Below, one piece after another: positions 40,885 to 52,889 of a DNA stretch of 64,000 bases. The notes under the pieces were generated by a model. That model saw only the letters and a program-made list of their open reading frames with translations, was not told the origin of the DNA and made no database searches. Position numbers and translations under genes: made by a program. Each line of letters begins with the position of its first letter. Position 1 is the stretch's first letter. The DNA is taken from assembly GCA_964016885.1 (NCBI GenBank), contig OZ024744.1, positions 108,128,001 through 108,192,000 of the forward strand. The letters run 5' to 3'. The DNA is from Eledone cirrhosa. Lineage: Eukaryota.

Positions 40885-41390
40885 ACATCTAGGACCACAT
40901 ACAACACACAAGCAGGTAATACACGCAGCTAAGACCACATACAACACATAAGCAGGTAATACACACATCTAGGACCACACACAACACATAAGCAGGTAAT
41001 ACACACATCTAGGACCACATAAAACACATAAGCAGGTAATACACGCATCTAAGACCACATGCCACACATAAGGAGGTAATACACGCATCTAAGACCACAT
41101 ACAACACATAAGCAGGTAATACACGCATCTAAGACCACATACAACACATAAGCAGGTAATACACACATCTAGGACCACATGCAACACATAAGGAGGTAGC
41201 ATACACACATCTAGGACCACATACAACACAATCAGGTAATACATACATCTAGGACCACATACAACACATAATGAGGTAATACATACAGCTGGGACCACAT
41301 GCAATACATAAGCAGATAATACATACATCTAGGACTACATACAACACACAGGCAGGTAATACATATATCTAGGACCACATACAACAAACA
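40885..41390. repeat. 40-bp minisatellite, about 12 copies, inside the hAT element
   Basis: Unit TCTAGGACCACATACAACACATAAGCAGGTAATACACACA. Confidence 0.9.
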
Positions 41391-42453
41391 TTGTATCATG
41401 TGCTACGGACGACACCAGAGCAATGGTCGGCCAACATAAGGGTTTCGTCACTCTTCTGAAGAGAGAAAATCTATCTGTATTTGCTGTTCATTGTGTCATT
41501 CATCGACAACACTTGGCTGTGAAGAAATTCAGCAAGCCTCTGAGCAAGTCCTTGCAGTTGGCCATTGATGTCATCAATTTTATCAAATGCATTCCCTCAA
41601 TGAACGAATTTTCCAGCAACTGTGCCAAGATAATGACGAAGAATTCGCCAAGTTGCTCCTTCATACTGAAGTGAGGTGGCTTTCAAAGGGCAAGTGCTTT
41701 ACTCACTTCTTTGAACTCTTCGACTCTATCATTGAGTTTCTGCGAGGACGCAACACAGAACTGTACAAGAAAACCCTCGATGTGAGGCAAGACTGCGCCT
41801 ACCTCACCAACATCTTCGACAAATGCAATAGCGTAATTTTGGCTTTGCAGGGGAAGAAGATCACCTTGCTTAAAGCGAGGAATGCTGTGAAAACATTCCT
41901 GGCCAAATTGAATGTCATCGAAAGGAATCTTTGTTGACGGGAATTCTATAATTTTCCTAGTGTCGCCAATGTTCAAAACATTGTAAGCGATGACCAACTC
42001 CAAATTTATACCGCTCACCTCCGTGCGCTACAAGACAACATGAGAGAACGGTTTGTCGACCTTTTGCTGATGGACATCCCAATGTGGATAGCAGATGCTT
42101 TCATAGCTAATGTCGACGATTTGGACGTTAAATTTCAGGAAGAATTCATTGAACTTCAAGCAGATGACATGATCAAAATTAGATTTCCCAAAATAGGTGA
42201 ACCCCTTTTTTGGATGTAAGAGGAAATTCAGCGTTGATTTCCACACCTACATGCAGAGGCTAAGAGATTTGCTCTGCCTTTTCCAAGCTCATACTTAGTC
42301 AAGAGGAGGTTTGGTGCTGTTTCCAGACTGCACAGTAAGGCTCGCAACCACTACAATGTAATTACACGTGGAGATCTCTGGCTACATCTTAGGAAAATTC
42401 AGCCTCACGTCAAAGAGTTAGTTAGACTCCATGAAGCTCAAGGGTCCCATTGA
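41391..42453 (+). pseudogene. hAT (Buster/ZBED5-SCAND3-like) transposase C-terminal half, disrupted
   Basis: CATDDTRAMVG, HCVIHRQHLA (CxxH), LLLHTEVRWLSKG, FPSSYLV, RGDL..L, AQGSH*; frameshift and stop codons. Confidence 0.9.
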
Positions 42454-43353
42454 ATTGAGTCAAAGTTAAAGTAAGTTGATTTATCCGAAAACTTAGATAT
42501 GCTATTGCTACAAAGCAAACTAAAAAATTTTTTTATTTGTAGTTGCAGTCTGACTGGACTGGAAACCATCTACTACAATTCACTTACTCATTTGTTGTAT
42601 ATATTTTACCATTTACTAATAAATATACCCTCTTATATAGTCATGAAAACCCTCTTCCGTGGTCTCTAAGCTCACTAAGCAGAGGGGACATCAAGTTAGA
42701 TATTAACATTTATTCTCTCTGTTTCATTAAAGGGAAAATTGGAAAGCTTTGAAATGATATAATTGCCACTTTCTTCCAGATAAGAGCACTCTTGGGATAG
42801 ACAGAGTTACTCTTGTATAAATGTTCAAAATAGCTGGTATCGCCTGGGGGTAATATAACAAATTCAACTGGTCCTTATTCATAAAAAAGAACATTTATGT
42901 TCCTTTTTTTGAAATTTATATATTTCCTTACAAGGAATGTATTTATACTCTCAGCTGCCTGCAATGGTATCTTTGGAATATTGTTAATCAATTTTTTAGT
43001 AATCTACTGATATCAAAATCAGTAGTATATTGAAAAATGGATAAATAGGGGGGAGGGGGCGTTTCGTGATTTCAAGGGACAAAAGGGGGCGTTTGGCTTA
43101 AATGGGTTGAGAACATGTGATTTAAAGCTAAGTATACCAACCGGATTTACTTCAGGTTTAAATATCTCAACGCCTTACTGTCAACTTAGAGAATTATCTA
43201 TCTATCTATCTTAAAAGACTCCAGTTGCATTTTCAATTTCTTTTCCTTATATATATATATATATACAAATGGAAGTTTAGTAAAATCGAAGTTATGTGGG
43301 TGGCCAAGCTAACGAGATACAATTAGGTTTGCACAAAGCACTCGGTAAGGATG

Positions 43354-43783
43354 TATAGATAGGATGAGGGGTTAAATTCTATCTATATCCTTTACAATTG
43401 CATGTTACCAGTCTTCGAAGGATCTTATTTATAAGCGATATAATTGAAATACATTAATCGAAGAGTTGGTAGCTTCTCATCGGTAGTAAATGCTTCTGAC
43501 TTCCAGGATATAAATAAATGGCTCTTTAACGCTCAATCCTCTATAAATATAATTTTATTTGTCGAAAAGGAATGTAGGAGTCATTTTACAATAAATCTTC
43601 GCTCGTCTGTATAATCTCCTGGTCAGCTCGGTCTGTCTGGTCTCTCGAGTGCTGTCTGAGGTTTTTTACCAGAGAGCGAGAGTGAGATTGACCATGTATT
43701 CATATGCAACTTCCCATTGGTCAGTTTGACCTCATTGCGTATGAAAATGTTGCTATTGCGAGGTGCGACGTCGTTCCACTACA
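43354..43783 (-). repeat. 3' LTR
   Basis: Near-identical to 48073-48508; preceded on the minus strand by the purine-rich PPT AGAGGGTGA. Confidence 0.92.
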
Positions 43784-44198
43784 TCACCCTCTGCTTAGAA
43801 TGGAAAGCAGTCGATAAAAATGAGGAGAAATTGTCTGCAAAGGTCATGCAAAGCAAATATAAAAAATGAAGAAAAAAGAGAAAAAAGAATAGTTCATGTG
43901 TAAATTGTTTTACAAAGTTTCTTGGGCCAATGGACCTGACGACCACTACGAGTTGTGATGTATGTTGAAGGTAAAGGAATGTTTGTATGTGATTGTGGTA
44001 TTTGCAGTGGTGTTTGTATTGACACATTGTAGGAGGGGGGAGTATGAGGCTCTGGTGTGAGAGCATCTGTGTAGGCCCGCTTTAGTCTGTCAATAGAAAC
44101 TGTGTCTTTATGTCCATTAAAGTCAATGGTGAAATGTTTGTAGGTGCAAGTACGCGATAGGGTCCAGAATAAGGTGGAGTGAGTGACTTCTCACTGCG

Positions 44199-45167
44199 TC
44201 ATTTCTGACAAAAAACATGGGTCCACGAGGCAATGTCCCTCGGAACCGAAGATTTAATGGTTTGTTGCCTAGTGTTCATAGGGGGCAGGACTTGAAAATA
44301 CGAACGCAAACGGGTGACATATAGTGTAGGGTCCTGAGTAGCAAGGTCAACTGGAGCAAGTATCTGTTCTGGCAGAGATAAAGTAGTGCTGTACAAAAGC
44401 TCGGCTGGAGAGAATCCAAGGTCCTCTTTAATTGAAGTGCGGATACCGAGTAATACTATGGGGAGGTAGTCGCTCCAATGTAGAGTACCCGGATAGGCAC
44501 GCAATGCGGCCTTTAACTGGCGATGAAAACGCTCTACCATTCCATTAGATGCAGGGTGGTAACTGGTAGTCCTGATACGTTGAGCGCCGATGATATTTGA
44601 TAGATCCCTGAAAAGTTGGGATTCAAACTGCCTACCACGATCTGTAGTAATAGTGGTAGGAACCCCATAGCGCGATATCCATCTTGAAACCAGGGCTCGC
44701 GCTACAGATTCAGCAGTAATGTCACTAAGAGAGATGGCTTCAGGCCATCGGGTGAAACGGTTAATGCAGGTCAGGATGTTTGAACATCCACGATTGGCAG
44801 GCCAAGGTCCCACGATATCGATGTGTATGTGGCAAAAACGTGCGTCAGGTGTGTTAAATATTCCGAGATGTGCGCGAATATGTCTATGCACCTTCGACTT
44901 CTGACAAGACCAACAGGAACGTGACCAAGCAGTGATATGACGTCTCATATTCGGCCAGAAGAATCTAGCTGAAATGAGTTTCACTGTGGCGGAAATTCCA
45001 GGGTGTGCCAAACTGTGTAGAGAGTCAAAAACTATTCGACAATGAGTCTCTGGGACCAGAGGGCGAGGTGAATCTGTCGCAGTATCACACAGAATCTGAG
45101 AGTCCGAAGCGGGTACAGGCAGGTATTTAAATTTGCAGGTTGCAAATTGAGGTGAAGACAGATCCAA
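44199..45167 (-). pseudogene. Gypsy integrase region
   Basis: HSLAHPG..CWSC (HHCC), [26 protein letters not shown]; frameshifted relative to RT and to the GPY/F tail. Confidence 0.9.
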
Positions 45168-45172
45168 CGACT

Positions 45173-46297
45173 CTAGGGTGGGCTGTTCTGCAAGTTAACA
45201 GTCGCAGGTGCTAACAAATCATTGATGGGTAGGCGAGATAAGGCATCCGCCGCTGTGTTTTGTTCACCCGGTATATGACGAATGTCATTCGTAAACTGGG
45301 ATATGAAGTCCAAGTGACGAGTTTCTCGAGGTGAGTATTTGTCCGGATTGGAACTGAGTGTGAACGTAAGTGGACGATGGTCAGTATAGATCGTAAATTG
45401 TCGGCCTTCCAGTGAATGCTGAAAGTGTTTCACAGCAAGGAAAATGGCTAACAGTTCGCGGCCGAAGGTGGTATAGCGGGATTCGGCAGGCTTCAGCTGC
45501 TTAGAAAAGAAAGCAAGAGGTTGAAGCTGTTGTTGGTGATGTTGTTGCAATACTGCACCTACCGCTGTGCTTGATGCATCCACAATCAGCGAAAACTGGG
45601 CACCAAACACAGGGTGAGCAAGCAGAGATGCGTTTGCTAAATTCTGTTTAGCTTTGGAGAATGCTTCAAGTTGCATGGGTCCCAAAGCGATTGGCTCGTT
45701 CTTCTTCTTTCTGTTACACAGGAGATCAGATAGTGGAGCTAAGAGTTCTGTGCAATGCGGGATAAACCGACGATAATAATTTAGGAGGCCCAGGAACTGC
45801 CGCAGCTGTCGCAAAGAAGTAGGCGGAGGGAGTTTCTGAAGACCCTTCACTTTCTCAGGAAGTGGGAATATTCCCGCAGAGTTTATCACGTGGCCTAAAA
45901 AGACGAGTGAAGCAGCACCGAAAATACACTTCGCAGGGTTAATGCGAACTTGGTACTGCCTAAATCGTTCAAACAGTTGGTGGAGGTGCGAGATATGGTC
46001 CTCCGGTGAAGCACTCGTGATGAGAATATCGTCGATGTAACAATATACAAAATCCAGGCCGCGGACGACTTCGTCCATAAATCGCTGGAAGGTACTAGCA
46101 GCATTGCGTAGTCCAAAGGGCATTGTTAAAAACTCGAATGCACCGAAAGGTGTAGTGAGAGCAATCTTAGGAATGTCCGCAGGATTCACAGTAATTTGAT
46201 GGTATGCTCTGATCAGGTCCAATTTTGAAAAGATAGTACATCCATGAAGCGAAGAAGGGAAATCCTGGATGTGAGGAATTGGGTAACGGTCCGGCAT
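45173..46297 (-). pseudogene. Gypsy reverse transcriptase and RNase H
   Basis: [50 protein letters not shown]. Confidence 0.92.
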
Positions 46298-46312
46298 GGT
46301 GATCGAATTTAA

Positions 46313-47000
46313 TCACCGAAAATCTCCAGTGGGACGCCAATCTCCCGAACGTTTTGGCACCATGTGCAATGGTAAGGTCCACGGACTAGAAGAAGGGCGA
46401 ATGATACCCAACTGCAGCATATGGTTAAACTCTACCTTAGCCGCTTTCAATTTTTCCGGAGCAAGGAGACGCGGGCGTGAAAAAACTGGAGCACCCTTAG
46501 TCTCAATAAAATGTTTGGTAGAGTGAGTAGAGGTATCTACCGCAAAGTTCAGGTTCGTTAATTCCGGAAAGGAATGCAAAAGCGCATGATACGGGTCATC
46601 CGAAGCAGCGATGTAGAAGACTGGACTGATGGACTGGATTACTGAAGTACATCCAGACGCAGACAGATTCATAGTTGCGTCCAATAAACGACGTGTCCGC
46701 ATATCAACCATAAGATTGTAATGATGCAAACAATCAGCACCCAGAATAGGATATGGCAAATCAACTATGGTGAAAATCCATGAGAAATCTCTACGTAAAT
46801 CCAGGTCCAAAGATTGAAAGATTTGTCCATACGTAGGGATAGCTGAATGGTTTATAGCTTGTAGTGATATGTGTGAGAGAGGTGGTTTCTCTTTCAAGAG
46901 TTTTAACGGCCAAATGTTGCAAGACGCACCCGTGTCGATGAGGCAGTGTGCGTGCGAGAAGGAATCCGTAATGAAAAATGCACGACTTTCAGTACAGGAT
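46313..47000 (-). pseudogene. Gypsy aspartic protease and RT N-terminus
   Basis: LIDTGAS, PILGAD, IIRPSSSPW; in-frame stop after GDFR. Confidence 0.85.
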
Positions 47001-47801
47001 TGCGGAGAAGACGTCGTGCTTAATTCTCCGGAGTGAAAAGGAACAAGACTGGATACATTTATGAGCAGAGGCTCGGAAACAGTTATGGTAAAAGCATGCT
47101 CGCGATGGTGAAGTTTGGAAACGACGACGCGAAGAATTCGAGCGATTCCGTGACCGTTGTCGGGGAGATCTCGGTCTGGATAAACGAAGAAGTTGTACCT
47201 CCTTCGTAAGGTCACGGATGGCCTTTAGTGCTGCTTCGTTGGTCGAAGTGGAGCTGGCTGAAACTGATGCGACAGGAAAAGGTGAAGCATTTGTTGCAAG
47301 TCGTGATGGGGCAGTAGTAGTAGAATTTCCGGAGTACTCCAAAATTTTATCAGCGGATGACGCCAACCGATCCACCGAACTGGTTTCGGTCATCGCTGCT
47401 AAAATGGCCTGGACATTAGGCGGGAGCCTAGAGAAGAAAAGCTGCTTGATCATGGCGCTGTCGGCCGGTGTCTCTTCCGCCAGCTCTCTCATCTTCCGTA
47501 AGAGCTGTGTAGGTGTATAGTCGCCAAGGTGTACATCGTTAACTAGAGTGCGAAACTTCCTTTCCGCCGAGACAGAAGTGCCGTTAATAATTTCTTTTTT
47601 TATGCTGCTATGGGTAGCCTTCGGAGCCAGGTCGGTAATCAAGTCCTTAACCGTTGGTGTTAAGGAAGCAGGAATGTCACTCAGTAAAAGATGGAGCTGT
47701 CTAGAGTCGGACGAAATATTGTGTGCGAGGAAAAATGATTCTATTTGTGCCAGCCAGATTCGCACATCCCCGCAAAAAACCGGTAGTGAATTACTTGACA
47801 T
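46989..47801 (-). CDS. gag: Gypsy gag with a CHCC knuckle
   Basis: 270-aa ORF; WLAQIESFF, LGDYTPTQLLRKM, FFSRLP, CFYH-x9-C-x3-C. Confidence 0.8.
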   Translation of the reverse strand: MSSNSLPVFCGDVRIWLAQIESFFLAHNISSDSRQLHLLLSDIPASLTPTVKDLITDLAPKATHSSIKKEIINGTSVSAERKFRTLVNDVHLGDYTPTQLLRKMRELAEETPADSAMIKQLFFSRLPPNVQAILAAMTETSSVDRLASSADKILEYSGNSTTTAPSRLATNASPFPVASVSASSTSTNEAALKAIRDLTKEVQLLRLSRPRSPRQRSRNRSNSSRRRFQTSPSRACFYHNCFRASAHKCIQSCSFSLRRIKHDVFSAILY

Positions 47802-48057
47802 TGTTGGAGAAAGACGTTCGTAAACTTTAACAAAATAGTTGTGATCAAAGCATGTAAAAATAATTTTTTAAGTTCCGTAGTATCCTTGCAACAGTAGAGA
47901 GTGCGCTTATGTCGGCCAAAGTAAAAGCGCGGGAATCAGTGATGAAGAAGGAGGTGAGTCGCCATATTGGACAAAAATGGCATGTGCGAAGGAAATATTG
48001 TGTTATTGTAAGCTCGACATTTCTTTTTTTATGCGTGTGAAGGATGTATTCTTTGCA

Positions 48058-48069
48058 GTCGGGTCACCG
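48058..48069 (-). promoter_or_regulatory. Primer-binding site, tRNA-Trp-like
   Basis: CGGTGACCCGAC next to the 5' LTR versus the expected TGGTGACCCCGAC. Confidence 0.7.
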
Positions 48070-48072
48070 CTT

Positions 48073-48508
48073 TGTAGATAGGATGAGGGTTTAAATATTA
48101 TCTATATCCTTTTACAATTGCATGTTATCAGTCTTCGAAGGATCTTATTTATAAGCGATATAATTGAAATACCTTAATCGAAGAGTTGGTAGCTTCTCAT
48201 TGGTAGTAAATGCTTCTGACTTCCAGGATATAAATAAATGGCTCTTTAACGCTCAATCCTCTATAAATATAATTTTATTTGTCGAAAAGGAATGTAGGAG
48301 TCATTTTACAATAAATCTTCGCGCGTCTGTATAATCTCCTGGTCAGCTCGGTCTGTCTGGTCTCTCGAGTGCTGTCTGAGGTTTTTTACCAGAGAGCGAG
48401 AGTGAGATTGACCATGTATTCATATGCAACTTCCCATTGGTCAGTTTGACCTTATTGCGTATGAAAATGTTGCTATTGCGAGGCGAGGTGCAACGTAGTT
48501 CCACTACA
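48073..48508 (-). repeat. 5' LTR
   Basis: TG...CA termini; direct repeat of 43354-43783. Confidence 0.92.
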
Positions 48509-48925
48509 GATGTATCGATGAATCGATAGGTTACGCCTTAGAGTTATGTTAATACGTTAGATAGCGTGACAAATTGAAAACTGCGGCCAGGGGGCCTAGC
48601 CACATAATACATCAAAACAACGAAAATACATTCAGGTTAGATAACAAACCTGGACCGTATCGAAGGGTATTATGCAATATCCCCGATAGGTTTCTATGAA
48701 TTCCAAATCAACCATCCTACTTGCGCAATATACAAGTTTGTGGTATTTGAAGATCGAACCACGGACCCACATTATCAACACGTTTCCATTCTGTGCCTCA
48801 AACCGGTGTGAAGTGTAGCAGTAGACCGCTACTAATGGTAGCAGTCACATGCTTTTTCCCCAGCAAGAGAAATAACCCCGGGTTTTTGGCGGGCAAATTC
48901 AAAATGAGAACAAAGATATTGCAAC

Positions 48926-49131
48926 AGATGTCAACATGAATGGACCTGTTATTTTTTTTATCTAAATACATTTTTTTTCCAATTCCATCCCGCCCGTCCC
49001 CTCAATCTATTTTATTTCTCATTCTTTCTTCCGAAACGTTAAGACCCTCTTCCTGCTATATCAAGCGTTAACCTAATACATGCCATCCATATACTGTGCC
49101 GATTGTGTTGTTAATTCTGTTTACCTTTTAC
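48926..49131 (+). mobile_element. Second copy of the 14503-14722 pLTR-like repeat, hammerhead core deleted
   Basis: Colinear match, but lacks CTGATGAAGGGCTAGCG. Confidence 0.7.
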
Positions 49132-49491
49132 ATACATACATGTATATATATATATATATAAAAGGTTCTATACAAAACAGGGGTTATAGAGAAAAAGTGG
49201 TATTGGAAATAGCACATAAAATATATTTAAGGATCTGTTTTTCTTTTTTACTTCTTTGATTCGTCAAACTAACATTATTGAAAAAATAAGAGCAACAATT
49301 CTTTAAAAAAAAAAAACTTTCATAATGTATATAAAATATATAAAATATAACCGGTTTCAATGTATCAGTGTATACCATCTTATCAAATGTTGAATATTAC
49401 AATTAAAAAGAATTAAAAATTAAAAATTAAAAATTGAGTGTTGAAGTCGTCTGTTCTTCTTTCTTCATGCGAAGACTGGGTCTAAAATGGA

Positions 49492-49538
<47 letters not shown>

Positions 49539-50603
49539 GTAGTCATAGTAGTAGCAGTAGAAGTAGTGGTGGTAGTTGTGTCTTTTCACAGAACAAAATT
49601 ATTTTTAGGAAAAATATATATATATATATATACACACATATATAAATAAAATTAGAATTTTATTTCTAACCCTAGCACAGCTGATACATAAATGTAAGTA
49701 TGCACCCATACACGTACACACGTACACACGTACACGTACACATGTACACACACAAACAAACACACATACACACACATATTATACACACACACACACACAA
49801 CACACATACACATATATATACATACATATACACATATACATATGTACGTATGTGTTATATCGAACATCAATACTAATGTTCCATTCGTTTATAAACAAAC
49901 GGCCCGATTTGAAGCTGTGCCGTGTCGGTGACCGATCATCACCTGTTTGTTTAACACTGGCTTTGAGGTTAATGACCCAGAAACACGTTGATTGTTCCTC
50001 AAGGGTGAACAAGCAGGTGACGACCGATATAGCCCATACGTACATATGTATATGTATATATGTGTGTGTATTTCTATATATTTTTGTGCGTGTGCATACT
50101 TATATATATATAAATATAAATATATATATATGTGTGTGTGTGTATGGGTGGTGGGGTGGGGGTGTGTGTGTGAGGGGTGGGTGGGTGTATGTGTGTGTGT
50201 ATATGAAATTCGTGAAGTTGTGAATCTAGCGATATACGGTATGTTTATAAATACACATTTTGAAAGCCTTCAGCTATGAGTTTGAAAACTGATGGCGTAG
50301 CGCCATATAGTGTTTTCCAACAGAAGCTAAGGACGGGTAACTCTGATCGTTATCAAGCTAGCGCTCCCTGAACCGCTCGCTGCTGGAACATAACATAAGC
50401 GAAAGCATATAGTTTAGAAGCCTATGTATATGGGCTGATAAGCCACATTTGCATATAGAGTATCGGCTGACTTGGCCGGAAGACAAAATAATGACATTAA
50501 CTCTAACATAGCTTTCTATACGAAATACGTGAATTTATATTCTGTATATATACAGATCTAGCTGTCGAAGTGGCCAGAGCTCAGCCGTCGGGGTCCTGAC
50601 TAT

Positions 50604-50637
<34 letters not shown>

Positions 50638-50639
<2 letters not shown>

Positions 50640-50892
50640 AAGGCGGGTAAAATTCCCGAGATCCATGGACGAGTTCTCTCCAGCGGTCTCTGTCCCTCAT
50701 TATCGCTGCCATGTCCTGCATCTCCAACAGACCAGTGTCTGTCCTTAGGGCATCAACATATGTTAACCTTGGTCTTCCTCTTCTAGTGTGTCCATGTAGG
50801 GGCTCCCAAAGGAGCACTGAGTGCAATGTCAACTCTGGATGTCGGTGAGCATGTCCAGCCAACCTCAGTCTCCTCTGTGTCACTTTTGAGCT

Positions 50893-50896
<4 letters not shown>
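50638..50896 (-). mobile_element. Short RTE-like LINE 3' fragment within (TA)n
   Basis: QRRLRLAGHAHRH, LLWEP, RRGRPRLTYVDAL, DRDRWR. Confidence 0.8.
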
Positions 50897-50945
<49 letters not shown>

Positions 50946-51021
50946 CGAGGGAAAAGTGGTAAGGAACCAGGTGGACCATAACGCACCAAAGTACTCAATA
51001 CTTAGGGTAGTAGAGTGGGTA

Positions 51022-51132
51022 ATAGGAGTAAGTAAGACCCCGACGGCTGAGCTCAAGCCGTTTCGACGGCTAATTCTGTACAGAATTAGCCGTCGAAACG
51101 GCTTGAGCTCAGCCGTCGGGGTCTTACTTACT

Positions 51133-51137
<5 letters not shown>
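51022..51137. repeat. Perfect 116-bp palindrome with no spacer, made of hammerhead 3' halves
   Basis: Centre TGTACA at 51077-51082; arms fully complementary. Confidence 0.9.
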
Positions 51138-51180
<43 letters not shown>

Positions 51181-51196
51181 AAGGAAAAGAGTCAGG

Positions 51197-51292
51197 ACCC
51201 CGACGGCTGAGATCCGGGCGTTTCGACAGCTAGATCCGAACCAAGCTAGCAGTATTAGAACGGCGGGAATCTAGCTGAACTTATCAAGGGGT
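51197..51292 (-). ncRNA. Type I hammerhead, U3-A8 core variant (family B)
   Basis: ACCCC-TTGATAA-GTTCAGCTAGAT...ATCTAGCTGTC-GAAA-CG...CG-TC-GGGGT. Confidence 0.65.
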
Positions 51293-51462
51293 ATTGTCCA
51301 TATATGGGCATGCAATAAAAAAATTAAAAAGCAGAAATATCAAAGCAAACAATTCTCCCCGTGATAGGCAAGAAAAAAGAAAAACAACAAATTTTTAGGA
51401 TTGTTTGTTTTGATATTTCTGCATTTTTTTTTGTTTTGACTGCATGCCCATATATGGACTGT

Positions 51463-51558
51463 ACCTCTTGATAAGTTCAGTTAGATTCCCGCCGTTCTAA
51501 TACCGCTGTCTTAGTTCGGAACTAGCTGTCGAAACGGCCGGAGCTCAGCCGTCGGGCT
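51463..51558 (+). ncRNA. Type I hammerhead, U3-A8 core variant (family B), inverted partner of 51197-51292
   Basis: ACCTC-TTGATAA-GTTCAGTTAG...CTAGCTGTC-GAAA-CGGC..GCCG-TC-GGGCT. Confidence 0.65.
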
Positions 51559-51641
51559 GCTGACTATTTTCCTATTACCCACTCTACTACCCTAAGTATC
51601 GAGTACACTGGTGCGTTATGGTCCAACTGGTTCCTTACCAC

Positions 51642-51684
<43 letters not shown>

Positions 51685-51685
51685 C

Positions 51686-51839
51686 ATATATATAATAAAA
51701 TGTATAATATATAATTGTTTCTACTTTAGGCACAAGGCCAGCAATTACCAGTGCATTACTGGTATTTTATGCACTGGTAATTGCTGGCCTTGTGCCTAAA
51801 GTAGAAACAATTATATATTATACATTTTATTATATATAT
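51686..51839. repeat. Perfect inverted repeat (71-bp arms, 12-nt loop) of a SINE 3' tail plus flank
   Basis: Arms 51686-51756 and 51769-51839. Confidence 0.85.
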
Positions 51840-51865
51840 ATTATATATATATATAAAATGTATAA

Positions 51866-52190
51866 TATATAATGTTGAAAGTAATATAAGGCTAAACAAT
51901 GTAAAATGGAATGTAATATGAAGGTAACGAAAAACTAAGTTACCTGGTAATCCTTGTTTTGCCGTTGTTTCTTTCGTCCTAATATTTTGGGACTTAAAAA
52001 GTTCTGGTTTCTTTTCTTTGGGAGAGTTCCTTATATTCTGAAGAAGGGAATTTTAGTCTCGTAATATTAAGGCAAAAGAAACAACAACAATAAAAAAAAA
52101 GATAACCAGGTAACTAACTTTTTCTTTACCTTCATATTACACTCCATTTTACATTATTTAGCCTTATATTACTTTCTACATTATATATAT
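51866..52190. repeat. Imperfect fold-back with a hammerhead remnant (CTGAAGA..GTAA)
   Basis: Arms about 51866-51995 and 52055-52190. Confidence 0.7.
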
Positions 52191-52889
52191 ATTTAGAATC
52201 TAACTTCGACGTAGCTGTATACATACAAGTAAAGATATATGGTATGTTTACTAAATAAACATTTTGAAAGCTTCAGCTACAAATAGAAGGCTGACGGTCC
52301 ACACTGTCTAGCGGAATTCAGCAGAAGCAAGGGGGATAATTGACTATGCATTTCTAACTTAAAATCGTACATCTAAAGATATACGGTGTGTTTGATAAAT
52401 AAACGTTTGTACTCAACTCACATGTATCTATACAGTTATGTGGAAGCTAGATTCTACATATTCTTCGTATGCAAATGAGGCAAATCGGCCCATTTACACG
52501 GGCGAAGAAACTAAATATTTTCTCCTGTCTCCAGTAGTAGAAAGAGGGACGACGAGAACTAATCGAAATGAATAGATAATTATCCTCTTTGTTTCTGTTG
52601 GTTTGCGCTATACGGCGCTGGCCATCAGCCTTCTATTTATAGCTAAGGCATTCAAAATGTTTATTTATTAAACATACCGTATATCTTTAGATGTACGAAA
52701 GACACACACACACACACGCGCGCGCAGACACACACATACATTTAAATGTGTGTGTATATATATGTGTATCTGAGTGTGTATGTGTGTATGTGTTTAGCTA
52801 TATCCGTAGGTGTGAAAAGGAAGAACGAAAGCAATGCTTAATCAGGAAGAGAGCAAAAATATATTATTTATTTATGTTCTTACACGGAA

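Larger units (their letters stand above)
40373..43119 (+). mobile_element. hAT transposon (Buster/Charlie type), internally deleted
   Basis: TIRs CAAAGGTTCTCAAC and GTTGAGAACATGTG; 8-bp TSD ATTTAAAG (central TA) at 40365-40372 and 43120-43127; subterminal GGGGGCGTTT repeats at both ends. Confidence 0.9.
43354..48508 (-). mobile_element. Ty3/Gypsy LTR retrotransposon, CsRn1-like clade, near full length
   Basis: Two LTRs of about 430 bp, GATG direct repeat on both flanks, tRNA-Trp-like PBS, PPT, gag-PR-RT-RH-IN order. Confidence 0.92.
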
